Shown: positions 28,034 to 37,758, counted from the first letter of the stretch. The stretch: 37,758 nt of DNA from Promethearchaeota archaeon (GCA_019058015.1 JAHLWH010000019.1:1-37758), one strand, 5' to 3'. Notes: generated by a model not told the origin, from the letters alone. Numbers and translations: made by a program.

Positions 28034-28846
28034 CTACCTCGCTACATATAATCTTCCTTTAGTTTTTGCACTTGTTGCATGATCTCCACTATATTCAATA
28101 AACTTACCTGAGATCTTTTCACCGTCTGGCAATTCGATTTCTGAAACTTCTCCAATTTTTTTAAAGGATGGCATTATCCTGCCGATTTTTCCTTTCACTA
28201 CGACGAATCCACGCGCTTGATCGGCAGCAACTCGAGCTTCCGCATTACCTTCACAAATAATTATACCTCCGTGATTATGAAGGCCGAAAAACTGACCTGC
28301 AGAACCACAGATTAATTTTGGGAACCTTTTTTTTGGAGTAGAACCTCGAGCCCAAATCATTGATTCATATCCAACACTTCCTTTAACTTTTATCACTCCA
28401 TTTGTCATACCTTCCCAATTCCCTCTATATGCAGCACCTACATAATTCCCCGCATTCCCTGTAATTTCTAATTCGCCTCCTTCCATCATTGCTCCTGCCC
28501 AATCCGCAGCATTACCATTCACTACAATTTTTCCTCCATTCATTGTATTTCCTACGTGCATTCCCACATCTCCATTAATTGTAATTGCCCCACCGGACAT
28601 TTTTTCCCCGATTCTTTTTACTTTTGACAAATTTCCATTTATCACAATTTCAATATCATCTAAATTATTACCAGCCGTGCCTTTAATATCAAAATAATCT
28701 TTAAGTGAAAGTTTTTCATTACCATGAAATATTATTAGATTCGCTATGTCTTTTTGTGTTTTACCTTTGAAGTTATCAGGGGTTATGGATTCTGCTTCAA
28801 GAGAAAAAGTGGGTTCCTTCTTTAAAGTTAATTCAATCTTTCCCAT
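28034..28846 (-). CDS. fwdC: Formylmethanofuran dehydrogenase subunit C
   Basis: EAESITPD, GXGXG beta-helix repeats, GAAYRG-x-W-x-GM; ATG 28846 after GGTGA. Confidence 0.92.
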   Translation of the reverse strand: MGKIELTLKKEPTFSLEAESITPDNFKGKTQKDIANLIIFHGNEKLSLKDYFDIKGTAGNNLDDIEIVINGNLSKVKRIGEKMSGGAITINGDVGMHVGNTMNGGKIVVNGNAADWAGAMMEGGELEITGNAGNYVGAAYRGNWEGMTNGVIKVKGSVGYESMIWARGSTPKKRFPKLICGSAGQFFGLHNHGGIIICEGNAEARVAADQARGFVVVKGKIGRIMPSFKKIGEVSEIELPDGEKISGKFIEYSGDHATSAKTKGRLYVAR

Positions 28847-28850
28847 TCTT

Positions 28851-30167
28851 CTACTCACCTTTTAACTCCTTTACTTTTTCAATTAATTTTTCTATAATCT
28901 CATAATCTGCCATACAATCTTCGGGAGCATTTTTCACTTTTCTCAATCTAATTGGCACTTTATCCATACGATATGCCGTTCCTTCACATTCAATCCCGGC
29001 AATTGCTGGAGGGAGAATTATATCTGCCATTTCAGAAGTCGGCGTTTTATGGGGCTCAACGGATATTAAAGGTTTTTTTAGCATATTGATTACAGCATCT
29101 TTTGGAAAATTTGAAGCGGGGTCTGAGGCCACAATCAAGGTAACATCAAAATCGTTTCTTTTTAATATATCTACTGCTGAAAACTCACCTGGATTATAGC
29201 GGGGATAATCTCTTGAAAAATCTATGGAATATGGGTAACCAGTTGTCCATGTAAATACAATATTTGCTCCTGAAACATTATAATGACCTCTCATTGGAGT
29301 TAAATTAAATTTAGTATGCTCATTCAATTCCCTGATAAGACTTATTCCTGCATCTACATTTCTATGCTTGCCTTTTGACATAGTTAAGCCAAGACCAAAA
29401 AATAATACACCGAACTTACAAGATTTAAGGATTTCAACAAGCTCTTTAATTTGCTTGATAGGAACTCCTGCTACTTCTTTAACATCTAATTCTACACCAC
29501 GACACATAGCTCTAATAGCATTAAACAATTCATAATCTTCGCCAGGATTTAATCTAATATGCATATCTGCCATTTGGGCGGTATGAGTTGTTCTAGGATC
29601 TACAACAATTATTGTTCGGTCAAGATGGCCATCTACTCTGAAATAACCGCGAATAAAATCACTATATCGACTCATATGCCTTGGATGAGCATGAACTGGA
29701 TTGGAGCCCCAAAATAAAACTAAATCTGCCCGATTTTTATATTCACCCAAAGTACTTGTTGGGCAACCAACATCTTGAATAGCGAGAAGTGAAGGTCCGT
29801 GACAAACAGATGCGGTATTATCAAGAACTCCACCACAAATTTCCATTAATTCAACAGCCTTTCGCTGCGCATCACATTCGGTTGAACTCCATCCATATGA
29901 TAATGGTCTCTTTGCATTTGCTAATAGCTCAGCGGCTTTATTTAATGCTTCATCCCAAGTAACTTTCTCTAATTTGTCATTATTTCTCATCATAGGTTTT
30001 GTATATCTGTGCTCTGACACATTCGATGAGAAAAATTTTGCAGTTCCTATAGCACAAGCATTATCTACTTCAATAATCTTATTATCTTCTAAAATAATTT
30101 TTAAATCATCACAAAGCGTCCCACAGAAAGGACAAACTACATCTTCAAAATTTTTAAATTTTTTCAT
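28851..30167 (-). CDS. fwdB: Formylmethanofuran dehydrogenase subunit B (W/Mo-pterin subunit), canonical
   Basis: CPFCGTLCDD, SVCHGPS, NPVHAHPRHMSRYS, PMRGHYNV, GTAYRMD. Confidence 0.95.
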   Translation of the reverse strand: MKKFKNFEDVVCPFCGTLCDDLKIILEDNKIIEVDNACAIGTAKFFSSNVSEHRYTKPMMRNNDKLEKVTWDEALNKAAELLANAKRPLSYGWSSTECDAQRKAVELMEICGGVLDNTASVCHGPSLLAIQDVGCPTSTLGEYKNRADLVLFWGSNPVHAHPRHMSRYSDFIRGYFRVDGHLDRTIIVVDPRTTHTAQMADMHIRLNPGEDYELFNAIRAMCRGVELDVKEVAGVPIKQIKELVEILKSCKFGVLFFGLGLTMSKGKHRNVDAGISLIRELNEHTKFNLTPMRGHYNVSGANIVFTWTTGYPYSIDFSRDYPRYNPGEFSAVDILKRNDFDVTLIVASDPASNFPKDAVINMLKKPLISVEPHKTPTSEMADIILPPAIAGIECEGTAYRMDKVPIRLRKVKNAPEDCMADYEIIEKLIEKVKELKGE

Positions 30168-30182
30168 TTACTTTGCCTCTTT

Positions 30183-30563
30183 CTATTTATAACTTTTAAT
30201 TATTTCTAATGCTGTAAGAATCCTTCCACTTTTTACTACTTCAACCTCTGCTTCCGTTCCTTTGTATGAGGGCATACCGGTGCCATATGTTTCGGAATTA
30301 ATAACAGCATTTGCCCAAGGACCCATTGGAATAAAGATAATGCCAGGATGGGGTCCTTGTTCTGAAATTTGAGAATATACAACCACTTCCCCAAATTTTG
30401 TAGTGACCTTGACAGGTGTTCCAATCATACAATCCAATTTTGCAAAATCGTCTTTATCAAATTCACAAATTGCACAAGCTTTTATATTTTCCCTTCCTAG
30501 CTTTTGACCTTCAAGGGCAACTCCCTGGTCTATGGTTCGACCGGTGGTTAGAAAAAACTTCAT
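30183..30563 (-). CDS. fwdD: Formylmethanofuran dehydrogenase subunit D
   Basis: TTGRTIDQG, FIPMGPWAN, GTGMPSYKG; ATGA overlap with the upstream gene. Confidence 0.93.
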   Translation of the reverse strand: MKFFLTTGRTIDQGVALEGQKLGRENIKACAICEFDKDDFAKLDCMIGTPVKVTTKFGEVVVYSQISEQGPHPGIIFIPMGPWANAVINSETYGTGMPSYKGTEAEVEVVKSGRILTALEIIKSYK

Positions 30564-31273
30564 TTTATTCCTTTCCACCCCCTTCTCATTATTTTCAATC
30601 GTTCAACCATATCTGGCCAAAACGGCTCGTTATAATCACCAGAATATTTTACTTCAGTAATTTCAAGCTTTATTGCACCTGTTGGACAAGCATTATCACA
30701 AGTTCCACAATATATGCATTTTTTATCATCAAGCTCAATCTTAGGAGATTTTTCCCAACCAGGTGTTTCTTTTTGTTTTTCTGGAAGCGTTATAGCTCCC
30801 GTGGGGCAAACATCAACGCAAGTAGAACAACCACCTGCACATTCTTCTATAACAATACTGATCTTCCCTTCAACATACTGTTTAGCTTGACGGCCAATTT
30901 TTTCACAATCTTTTAATTCAAATTCTAATTTAGGTAGTGCTTTCTTTTGAACTAATGGTAAATCAATAGATTCTACTTTCTCATCATTATAATAAATTGA
31001 GAGCGCAAAGAATGGGCACATATAGACACAAACTCCACAAAAACTGCATTTATTCGGGTCATATATGTTTGGAACAAGATCTTCAGTAGATAACTTTATT
31101 GTTGCACCTATTGGTCCTCTAGATACAGCTTCCATAGGACAGACTTTGGAACATACTCCGCAACCCACACATTTTGTTTTATCCAAATCAAGCTGAGTAC
31201 TTTCAATCAAATATTTTACTCGAACACTTTCCATTTCTTTTGTTATTGTCCTTGATATTTTTGGAAATGACAT
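30560..31273 (-). CDS. fwdF: FwdF-like polyferredoxin with four [4Fe-4S] motifs
   Basis: CVGCGVCSKVCP, CSFCGVCVYMCP, CAGGCSTCVDVCP, CIYCGTCDNACP; GPIGA after the first motif; operon position. Confidence 0.75.
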   Translation of the reverse strand: MSFPKISRTITKEMESVRVKYLIESTQLDLDKTKCVGCGVCSKVCPMEAVSRGPIGATIKLSTEDLVPNIYDPNKCSFCGVCVYMCPFFALSIYYNDEKVESIDLPLVQKKALPKLEFELKDCEKIGRQAKQYVEGKISIVIEECAGGCSTCVDVCPTGAITLPEKQKETPGWEKSPKIELDDKKCIYCGTCDNACPTGAIKLEITEVKYSGDYNEPFWPDMVERLKIMRRGWKGIK

Positions 31274-31327
31274 CTTTATTTCTCAACTTCTAATTATTAA
31301 TAATCTTTTTAATTTCTTTAATTAAAA

Positions 31328-31594
31328 TTATTTGATTTCTAACATTTGAACTATTTTTATATTAATTGCCTTTTGCGGGCAAATTTCAACACAAACTCCA
31401 CAACCGGTACAATTTATAGTTCTATTCTCCTCATATATTTCATTTGCATAGCCATTTTTAACTAAAATAACTGCGTTTTTATCATTTAAATAACCTTTTT
31501 CTTTTAATTGATCAAAATTTACAGGACATGAAACCACGCAATCGTTGCATCCTGTGCACAAAACCTTATTTACTTCAATTCTATAAACTTTCAT
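31328..31594 (-). CDS. fwdG: FwdG-like 2x[4Fe-4S] ferredoxin
   Basis: CTGCNDCVVSCPVN and CTGCGVCVEICP; size and operon position. Confidence 0.7.
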   Translation of the reverse strand: MKVYRIEVNKVLCTGCNDCVVSCPVNFDQLKEKGYLNDKNAVILVKNGYANEIYEENRTINCTGCGVCVEICPQKAINIKIVQMLEIK

Positions 31595-31597
31595 TAT

Positions 31598-32026
31598 CTA
31601 TTCCTCCATTCTTAATGGATTTGGTCCAATTTCTTTTAATTCTTTAACAAATTCCTTTACAATTTCTGTTAATTCTGCACCTTCGCTTGCAGAAACTTGT
31701 GTGTATTTGACCCTTTTTGGATTAACTCCAAATTGTTCAAGCATTTTTATAAATAATGGCATCTTTCGAAATGTTTTAAGATTCCCTTCTACATAATGAC
31801 AATCACCGACATGACAATGACTTACAAGAACACCATCCGCACCATTTTTTAATGCTTGAATTACCATTAGTGGTTCCATCCGCCCCCCACACATAACTCT
31901 TAAAATTCTTAAATTTGCAGGTCTTTGCATACGGCTCGTACCTGCTTGGTCTGCACCAGCATATGTACACCAATTACAGCAAATTCCTAAAATATAAGGG
32001 TCAAAATCTTCTTTCACTTTAGCCAT
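31598..32026 (-). CDS. mvhD: MvhD/FlpD [2Fe-2S] subunit
   Basis: CCNWCTYAGADQAG, RVMCGGR, GADGV, CHVGDCHY, SASEG. Confidence 0.93.
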   Translation of the reverse strand: MAKVKEDFDPYILGICCNWCTYAGADQAGTSRMQRPANLRILRVMCGGRMEPLMVIQALKNGADGVLVSHCHVGDCHYVEGNLKTFRKMPLFIKMLEQFGVNPKRVKYTQVSASEGAELTEIVKEFVKELKEIGPNPLRMEE

Positions 32027-32027
32027 T

Positions 32028-34034
32028 TTATTTACTCCCATTTTCTGTTTTTGCTAGTGGTGGAATGGCTGTATTGATCATAGCAAAAATTTGATCATCT
32101 GAAAAGTGATTCTGGACAATAGCATCTGATGGACAAGCCGCAGCGCATGTTCCGCAGCCTTTACAAAGAGCTTTATTGATAACTGCAATATTTTTAAATA
32201 CATCAAAACTTATTGCATTAAATGGACATAAGCTTTGACATGATTTACATCCGCTACATTTATACTCCAGAACTACAGAATAATATGGTTCGATTGCAAA
32301 TTCTCCCATTGCCATTAACGAAGCGGCACCAGAAGCTGCTCCTTTAGCTTGTGCTACAGCATCAGGTATATCCTTGGGTCCTTGAGCTACACCTGCAACA
32401 AATATACCATCTGTTAATGTGTCAACTGGACGAAGTTTCGGATGTGCTTCCATGAAGAACCCATCTGCAGAGCGTTGAATTGTCAATATTGAAGCAATCT
32501 GATCTGCATCATATCGGGCTACTAAACCGCATGATAAAACCAACATATCCAACTTAATTTCTATCTGCTTTTGAAGTAAAGTATCTTCAGCACGAACTAT
32601 AATGCTGTGATCTTCATCCTCATAAACTTCACCTATTCTGCCGCGAATATATTTTATTCCGAAATTTCTTCCAGCGGATTCATAAAATTCTTCATACCCC
32701 TTGCCAAACGCACGAATGTCCATATAAAAAATATAAATAGATGCTTCTGGATGCTTTTCTTTGTACTGTCTTGCTTGTTTGGTTGCATACATACAACAAA
32801 CACGGGAACAGTAATTATTTCCACCAGGGCGGAAGTTTCTACTCCCTACACATTGTAAAAACCCTATACTATGAGGTGGTTCTAAATCTGAAGGCCTTGC
32901 TGGTTTCCCTTCAAGAGGCCCAAACGAACTCAATAACCTTTCCATCTCTAACCCATTAATAACATTCGGATATTTACCGTATCCATACTGTTTTAATTCG
33001 GTAGGATCATATAAATCCCAACCGGTTGCAACAATTATTGTTCCTACTTTAATCTCGACATATTCAAGTTTATCATCAAACCTTATGGCATCCGGCTCAC
33101 AAACTTCCGGAGTTGCACAAATACCGCATTTTATACATTTTGTCATATCAATTGTAAATTCTCCTGGAACTGCTTGCGGGAATGGAATATAAATAGCCTT
33201 TCTTATTCCCAATCCCACCTCAAATTCATTAGCACATATAACAGGACATTCTATAGCGCATAAACCGCAACCCGTACATGCTTCTTGATCAACATAATGA
33301 GGTTTTTTCTTAATGGTTACATCAAAATTTCCTACATATCCATCTACCTTCTCAACTTCGGAATATGTCATAAGATGGATTTTTTCTTCCCTGCCAACAT
33401 CAACCATTCTTGGAGTTAAAATACATGCACTACAATCCATTGTCGGAAAGGTTTTATCTAATTGAGCCATATGCCCCCCTATAGTTGCCGTCCTTTCCAC
33501 CAAATAAACATCATATCCTTCTTTAGCTAAATCAATAGAAGCATTCATCCCAGCAATTCCAGCACCAATCACTAAACAAGCAGGCTCTACTTTTACTCGC
33601 TCAACTTCTAACGGTTTTAATTCACTTAATTTAGCAACAGCCATCCTAACGTGATCTTTAGCAATTTTAAACGCCCCTTCAGGATCATCTAAATTTACCC
33701 ATGTTGCATGCTCACGAATATTTGCCATCTCAAATAGAAATTCATTTACTCCTACCTCTTTAACCACCATTCTAAATGTTGGTTCATGCATTCGAGGACT
33801 ACATGCAGCAACAATCACACGATTTATTAATCCAGCTTCTATATCTTCCTTAATCATCTCTTGCCCTATACTGCTGCATATGAATTTATATTCCTTCGCA
33901 AGAGCAACATTTGGTAAAGTCTTCGCATATTCAGTAAGAGCAGGTACATCTATTACTCCAGCAATATTGATGCCACAATGGCATACGTAAACACCAATCT
34001 TTATTTCTTCATCATTTCTTAATGAATTAGACAT
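32028..34034 (-). CDS. hdrA: Heterodisulfide reductase subunit A (bifurcating flavoprotein)
   Basis: GVYVCHCG, GAGIAG, LDKTFPTMDCSAC, inserted ferredoxin domain, CVGSR, YCSRVCCMY, C-terminal 2x[4Fe-4S]. Confidence 0.96.
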   Translation of the reverse strand: MSNSLRNDEEIKIGVYVCHCGINIAGVIDVPALTEYAKTLPNVALAKEYKFICSSIGQEMIKEDIEAGLINRVIVAACSPRMHEPTFRMVVKEVGVNEFLFEMANIREHATWVNLDDPEGAFKIAKDHVRMAVAKLSELKPLEVERVKVEPACLVIGAGIAGMNASIDLAKEGYDVYLVERTATIGGHMAQLDKTFPTMDCSACILTPRMVDVGREEKIHLMTYSEVEKVDGYVGNFDVTIKKKPHYVDQEACTGCGLCAIECPVICANEFEVGLGIRKAIYIPFPQAVPGEFTIDMTKCIKCGICATPEVCEPDAIRFDDKLEYVEIKVGTIIVATGWDLYDPTELKQYGYGKYPNVINGLEMERLLSSFGPLEGKPARPSDLEPPHSIGFLQCVGSRNFRPGGNNYCSRVCCMYATKQARQYKEKHPEASIYIFYMDIRAFGKGYEEFYESAGRNFGIKYIRGRIGEVYEDEDHSIIVRAEDTLLQKQIEIKLDMLVLSCGLVARYDADQIASILTIQRSADGFFMEAHPKLRPVDTLTDGIFVAGVAQGPKDIPDAVAQAKGAASGAASLMAMGEFAIEPYYSVVLEYKCSGCKSCQSLCPFNAISFDVFKNIAVINKALCKGCGTCAAACPSDAIVQNHFSDDQIFAMINTAIPPLAKTENGSK

Positions 34035-34049
34035 TTATTTTCCACACCT

Positions 34050-34997
34050 TTATATCATTTGCTCTTTTATTTTTTGTATTAATGGTTGAATTGAAATAAA
34101 TGGGGGAACTCCTTTCAAATCATGACCAGCCACAAGCCCTAAATCTCCCGGGTTCATACCCATTGCTAATCCTAATAATTGATTGTAATAAATAATGGGA
34201 ATTTTATATGACTCGCCTATAATATCTTTAAATTTATCATTTACTTGCATTTGACCAAGATCCATTTGTAAATGACAAAATGGGCAACAAACTATACAAC
34301 AATCCACATTAACTTTTCGCATATTTTCAAGTTTTTCCCTTGTAAAATCAAGAGAAACCTCTAATGATGCTGTTCGGACGGCTCCTCCAGCACCACAGCA
34401 CATAATCTTATCTTTATAATCGATGCTTTTTGCACCCGTTATCTCAACCAATTCATCAAAGAATCTCGGTTCTTCATATTCCCCTCCCCAAGGCCTATTG
34501 GATGAATCTTTAAGAATATGGCAACCATAATGCACGCCAACTCTTAAATCTGGAAACTTAATCTTGATATAATCTTTAAGTTTATCAATACCAAAATCAT
34601 AATATAATACTTCAATTAGATGTTTAACCTCAATTGTTCCTTTGAATTCCCTCCCAATTTTCGCAAGATGTTTATTAACCATATCCCGTTTTTTCTTATC
34701 ATGCTTTAATAGATGATTTACTTCAAGTAGAGTTCCATAGCAACCGTTGCATCCCAGTGTAATATCTGCTTCATTCTCTTCGGCTATTGAAATATTTCGT
34801 GCTCCAATAACGAGCCAAGTTGTGATATCAAAACCCCTAAAAACCCCAGGAGCTGGACAGCAACTCGCACCTTGCATATCTACTAATTCAATTCCCAATT
34901 CTTTAAAGGTATTGCGAATGGATTGTTCAATAAAAGGGTATCTATTGGGAATAACACATCCTAGATATAATGAATATCTTAAGTTTTTTTCAGACAT
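34050..34997 (-). CDS. hdrB: Heterodisulfide reductase subunit B
   Basis: LGCVIPNRYP, SCCPAPG, CNGC, HYGCH, CCGAGG, CPFCHLQ (two CCG domains); start MSEK chosen. Confidence 0.95.
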   Translation of the reverse strand: MSEKNLRYSLYLGCVIPNRYPFIEQSIRNTFKELGIELVDMQGASCCPAPGVFRGFDITTWLVIGARNISIAEENEADITLGCNGCYGTLLEVNHLLKHDKKKRDMVNKHLAKIGREFKGTIEVKHLIEVLYYDFGIDKLKDYIKIKFPDLRVGVHYGCHILKDSSNRPWGGEYEEPRFFDELVEITGAKSIDYKDKIMCCGAGGAVRTASLEVSLDFTREKLENMRKVNVDCCIVCCPFCHLQMDLGQMQVNDKFKDIIGESYKIPIIYYNQLLGLAMGMNPGDLGLVAGHDLKGVPPFISIQPLIQKIKEQMI

Positions 34998-35132
34998 AAT
35001 GGTTTTTCTTTCTTTGATTAAATTGGGGTAAAACACATTCTCTGAACTTAAGTAATTAATTATTCAATTTGTATTAAAATTTTAGATTAAAAGATATACA
35101 AAATTGTGGAGGAAAGGTTATATTTTAAAATA

Positions 35133-36383
35133 TTATTTTAGATCATCTTCTTTTTGCATTTTTATGAACTGTATCGGAATAATTGAGCTCAGGGTAAGTA
35201 TTCCTACGACAACAAGTAGAATACCAGTATCTATGAATCCAGAAAGAAAAGTACCTAATGGTCCGAAAATAAGCATAGAAATAATTACCATTAGTGCAAG
35301 CATCTGATATTTATAGCTAAATTTATTTCCTGCAAACTCCATCATTAAAGAAACAAATGCAATATAGGCTATTGCATTTGGAATTAATACAAACATTCCT
35401 AATATGATTAAAGTCCAAAGATCCATCAGTGGAATACACATATCAAATAAACCAACAATAATTATTGAAAAATAAAGAATTTTCTTTCTATTACTATATT
35501 TCAACGCGATATTTATTAAGAGGTATCCAATAATATTAATGAAAGGCGCAAAAATCAGAAAGAACAAAAATATTTCAAAACATTCTTGACCAAACCTTTC
35601 CACTAACCATGGTTCGTAGGGAACTTGCACAAGTGCTTCTGAGAAGAAAAGGAGCAAAAATACACTTATACAAATGAAACTAAGTTTTAAATATGATTGA
35701 TCTAATGTTTTCATACTTTTCTTTTTAGAGATTTCTTGCTTTATACCTTTTTCTTCAAGGCTTTCTTGTCTATTTCCTTCATTAATAGTTTTATTATATA
35801 TAAAATAAGAAAGAATTATTAATGGAAATAGTGTGATTAATTGGAAAGTAAAGAGATTATTCCATTCGTTTATGTTATAAATATTATTAATAATTAAAAT
35901 ATAGGATAAATAAGCTAAAATATTACCCAATGAATTTCCAATTTGTATTAAGACAATTTTCCTTTTTTTCGTTTGAATATTAGGTGAAGTATCGATAATA
36001 TCTCCATCAATTGCAACATCGATTATTGATATGCAGAAATAGTTTATACTCCAAAAAATACCAAAAATAATCATAATTTGAATTGAAATAATCATCAACA
36101 GAAAACTGATAAATAGGCCAATACTACCCAAAAATATGTAAATTTTCCTTTTAGGATGTTGACCAGTTTTTTCAAAGGTTTTATCGGATATTAGTGCGAA
36201 TATCGGTTTAATTAAAAATGCTGAATATGAAATTAACTGAGCAAAAGCAATTTCTAATTCAGGAATTCCCAAAACCGTAATTAGTAGAACAGGTAAAAAA
36301 GTATTGAAAAACACTAAAAGGAGTCCTTGGACTAAATATCCAAAAAGATATGTTAGGCTATTTACTATTTTCATTTTATTCAC
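35133..36383 (-). CDS. MFS transporter (about 12 TM)
   Basis: KPIFALISD...RK loop, DVAIDG, central hydrophilic loop; GTG start. Confidence 0.8.
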   Translation of the reverse strand: MNKMKIVNSLTYLFGYLVQGLLLVFFNTFLPVLLITVLGIPELEIAFAQLISYSAFLIKPIFALISDKTFEKTGQHPKRKIYIFLGSIGLFISFLLMIISIQIMIIFGIFWSINYFCISIIDVAIDGDIIDTSPNIQTKKRKIVLIQIGNSLGNILAYLSYILIINNIYNINEWNNLFTFQLITLFPLIILSYFIYNKTINEGNRQESLEEKGIKQEISKKKSMKTLDQSYLKLSFICISVFLLLFFSEALVQVPYEPWLVERFGQECFEIFLFFLIFAPFINIIGYLLINIALKYSNRKKILYFSIIIVGLFDMCIPLMDLWTLIILGMFVLIPNAIAYIAFVSLMMEFAGNKFSYKYQMLALMVIISMLIFGPLGTFLSGFIDTGILLVVVGILTLSSIIPIQFIKMQKEDDLK

Positions 36384-36501
36384 TTAAATTAGGATAGGTG
36401 GTCAATGTATTTAATATTAATATCCAGTACAAAGAATTCTTTTTTGTTTTTTATTAAAAAGAAGAAAAGAATGCCCTTTAAAGAAATATTTAAAGTATAA
36501 T

Positions 36502-37062
36502 TTACTTTTTTTCCGCTTTTTCTTCTTTTTTAGCGTATTTTCCCCAAGCAATAGTTTTATCAAAGCCCACACTACTAATTAATTCTTGCACTTCTTTAAC
36601 GTATTTAGGATCCGTATGGACTGTTGGAGGAACTCTGTTTACACCATAGGATTCTCTCATAATGTTCCATTTTTCATCATTAATGGGAACCCCATGACCT
36701 GTATCATAGAACATCCTACATAAATTGAGATGATTTGGCAAAATATACCCTCTTTGAACCGCTAAATTTCTTAAGAATATAATCATATCTGTAATCGGCA
36801 GATTACGCGGACATCTTTCAAAACAAGTATAGCAAGTAGTACAGAGCCAGAGTTCTTTATCTGAGAGAACTTCTTCAAGTCCTAAAATCGCTTTTCTAAT
36901 TATCGAGCGTGTTCTCAATGCAGTCCTTCTTCCGGAGGGACAACCGGCTGTGCAATTACCGCACTGAATGCAAGCACCAATTTCCGCATATCCTGCTTTT
37001 CTAAGTTCATTAGAGATATCATCTTTAATCTCTAAGATTCGATCAGATTTTAAATCTTCCAT
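36502..37062 (-). CDS. hdrC: Heterodisulfide reductase subunit C
   Basis: CIQCGNCTAGCPSGR, WLCTTCYTCFERCPR, TGHGVPIN, PPTVH; GGAGG Shine-Dalgarno. Confidence 0.94.
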   Translation of the reverse strand: MEDLKSDRILEIKDDISNELRKAGYAEIGACIQCGNCTAGCPSGRRTALRTRSIIRKAILGLEEVLSDKELWLCTTCYTCFERCPRNLPITDMIIFLRNLAVQRGYILPNHLNLCRMFYDTGHGVPINDEKWNIMRESYGVNRVPPTVHTDPKYVKEVQELISSVGFDKTIAWGKYAKKEEKAEKK

Positions 37063-37073
37063 TTTAATCCTCC

Positions 37074-37757
37074 TTAAGTGAGTGTAGTAATAATTTTTTG
37101 TTTAGGAAGATATGCTTCTTGAACGGGATAATTATTAAAATTAATTGAATAATGGTCTCTCCATTTCTCTTTTATATCTTGTATTACAGATTTCATGAGA
37201 TCATCACTTACACTTGCTTTTGTCCAAATGGTATTACCAAGTGGTGTGGCTACAACCTTTCCATCTATTACAACGATTTTTCCATCTTTTATTGTGTAAG
37301 ATGCATTTGTGAATGCTTTTTCGATTTCAATTCCTTTATGTCGATTATCAGGATTGAATTTATATAGGCAAACATCAGCTTGAGCACCTACTCCAAGATG
37401 ACCTTTCTCCGCAAAACCTAGGCATTTAGCTGTTCCAGAGCGAGTACATTGGGCTAATTCATAAAGTGTTAATTCGGTATCCAAATTTTCTAGTTCTGTA
37501 GCTGAGCTTGCTTTGGGTGATAATTCTTCCTTAAGCAAGATATCTCTGGATTTCTTATCCATAAGCCATTTTATAATTCTTGGATAAAACGTAAAAGGTC
37601 CACCATTGGGGTGGTCGGTCGTCAACAGTACTTGCTCTTTATTTTTCACAGATAACAACAATTCCAATCCAATAGCCCATTGAATTGCATTCACGGCAAC
37701 CTTTGGGCTAAATATATATGGCACAAGTCCGGAGCCGCATTCTGCCTCTACTTGACC
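37074..37757 (-). CDS. fwdA: Formylmethanofuran dehydrogenase subunit A, canonical; 5' part outside the window
   Basis: Frame open to the window edge (GQVEAECGSGLVPYIFS...); QWAIGLEL, TTDHPNGGPF-x2-YP, YS-x-NF-x-NYPV. Confidence 0.93.
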   Translation of the reverse strand, partial: GQVEAECGSGLVPYIFSPKVAVNAIQWAIGLELLLSVKNKEQVLLTTDHPNGGPFTFYPRIIKWLMDKKSRDILLKEELSPKASSATELENLDTELTLYELAQCTRSGTAKCLGFAEKGHLGVGAQADVCLYKFNPDNRHKGIEIEKAFTNASYTIKDGKIVVIDGKVVATPLGNTIWTKASVSDDLMKSVIQDIKEKWRDHYSINFNNYPVQEAYLPKQKIITTLT

Positions 37758-37758
37758 A

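Noticed and set aside
30416-30916. 166-aa plus-strand ORF and the other short antisense or nested ORFs (e.g. 23649..24110, 12699..13019, 22468..22776)
   Set aside because: They lie within well-supported genes and show no motifs
28851-34034. Selenocysteine recoding in hdrA, mvhD or fwdB, which are selenoproteins in some archaea
   Set aside because: All frames are open with Cys at the relevant positions (DCSAC, CNWC, SVCHG); no in-frame TGA and no convincing SECIS seen
28034-37757. Calling the host a methanogen
   Set aside because: fwd and hdr are not diagnostic; no mcr or mtr in the window, and the flanking genes indicate heterotrophy

Overview
Very AT-rich, gene-dense archaeal DNA. Gene content (Fwd + HdrABC + MvhD, FATP-like acyl-CoA synthetase, SCP2, PIN modules, BRE/TATA-like promoters) suggests a non-methanogenic anaerobe, possibly Asgard/Lokiarchaeia; this is inference, as no marker gene is in the window. 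Three blocks: (1) ~0.5-14.4 kb, a duplicated and rearranged glycoside/sugar-acid catabolic island (GH5 endoglycoceramidase-like hydrolase, PIG-L deacetylase, SDRs, two Gfo/Idh/MocA enzymes, BKACE, eda, kdgK, SCP2, M24 hydrolase, two NIPA/DMT-like transporters) with a deletion scar joining two gene remnants back to back. (2) ~14.8-22.3 kb accessory region: a tandem pair of Cys-rich microproteins (one absent from the ORF track), an iron-sulfur flavoprotein, a PIN toxin-antitoxin patch, a HAD phosphatase, an acyl-CoA synthetase and a possible tubby/LURP-fold protein. (3) ~22.4-37.8 kb C1/energy block: a canonical fwdA-hdrC-[MFS]-hdrB-hdrA-mvhD-fwdG-fwdF-fwdD-fwdB-fwdC cluster on the minus strand, facing a second intact but active-site-altered fwdG-B-D-A-like operon on the plus strand. 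That divergent operon is the strongest candidate for an undescribed system. No rRNA, tRNA, CRISPR or transposase was recognised.
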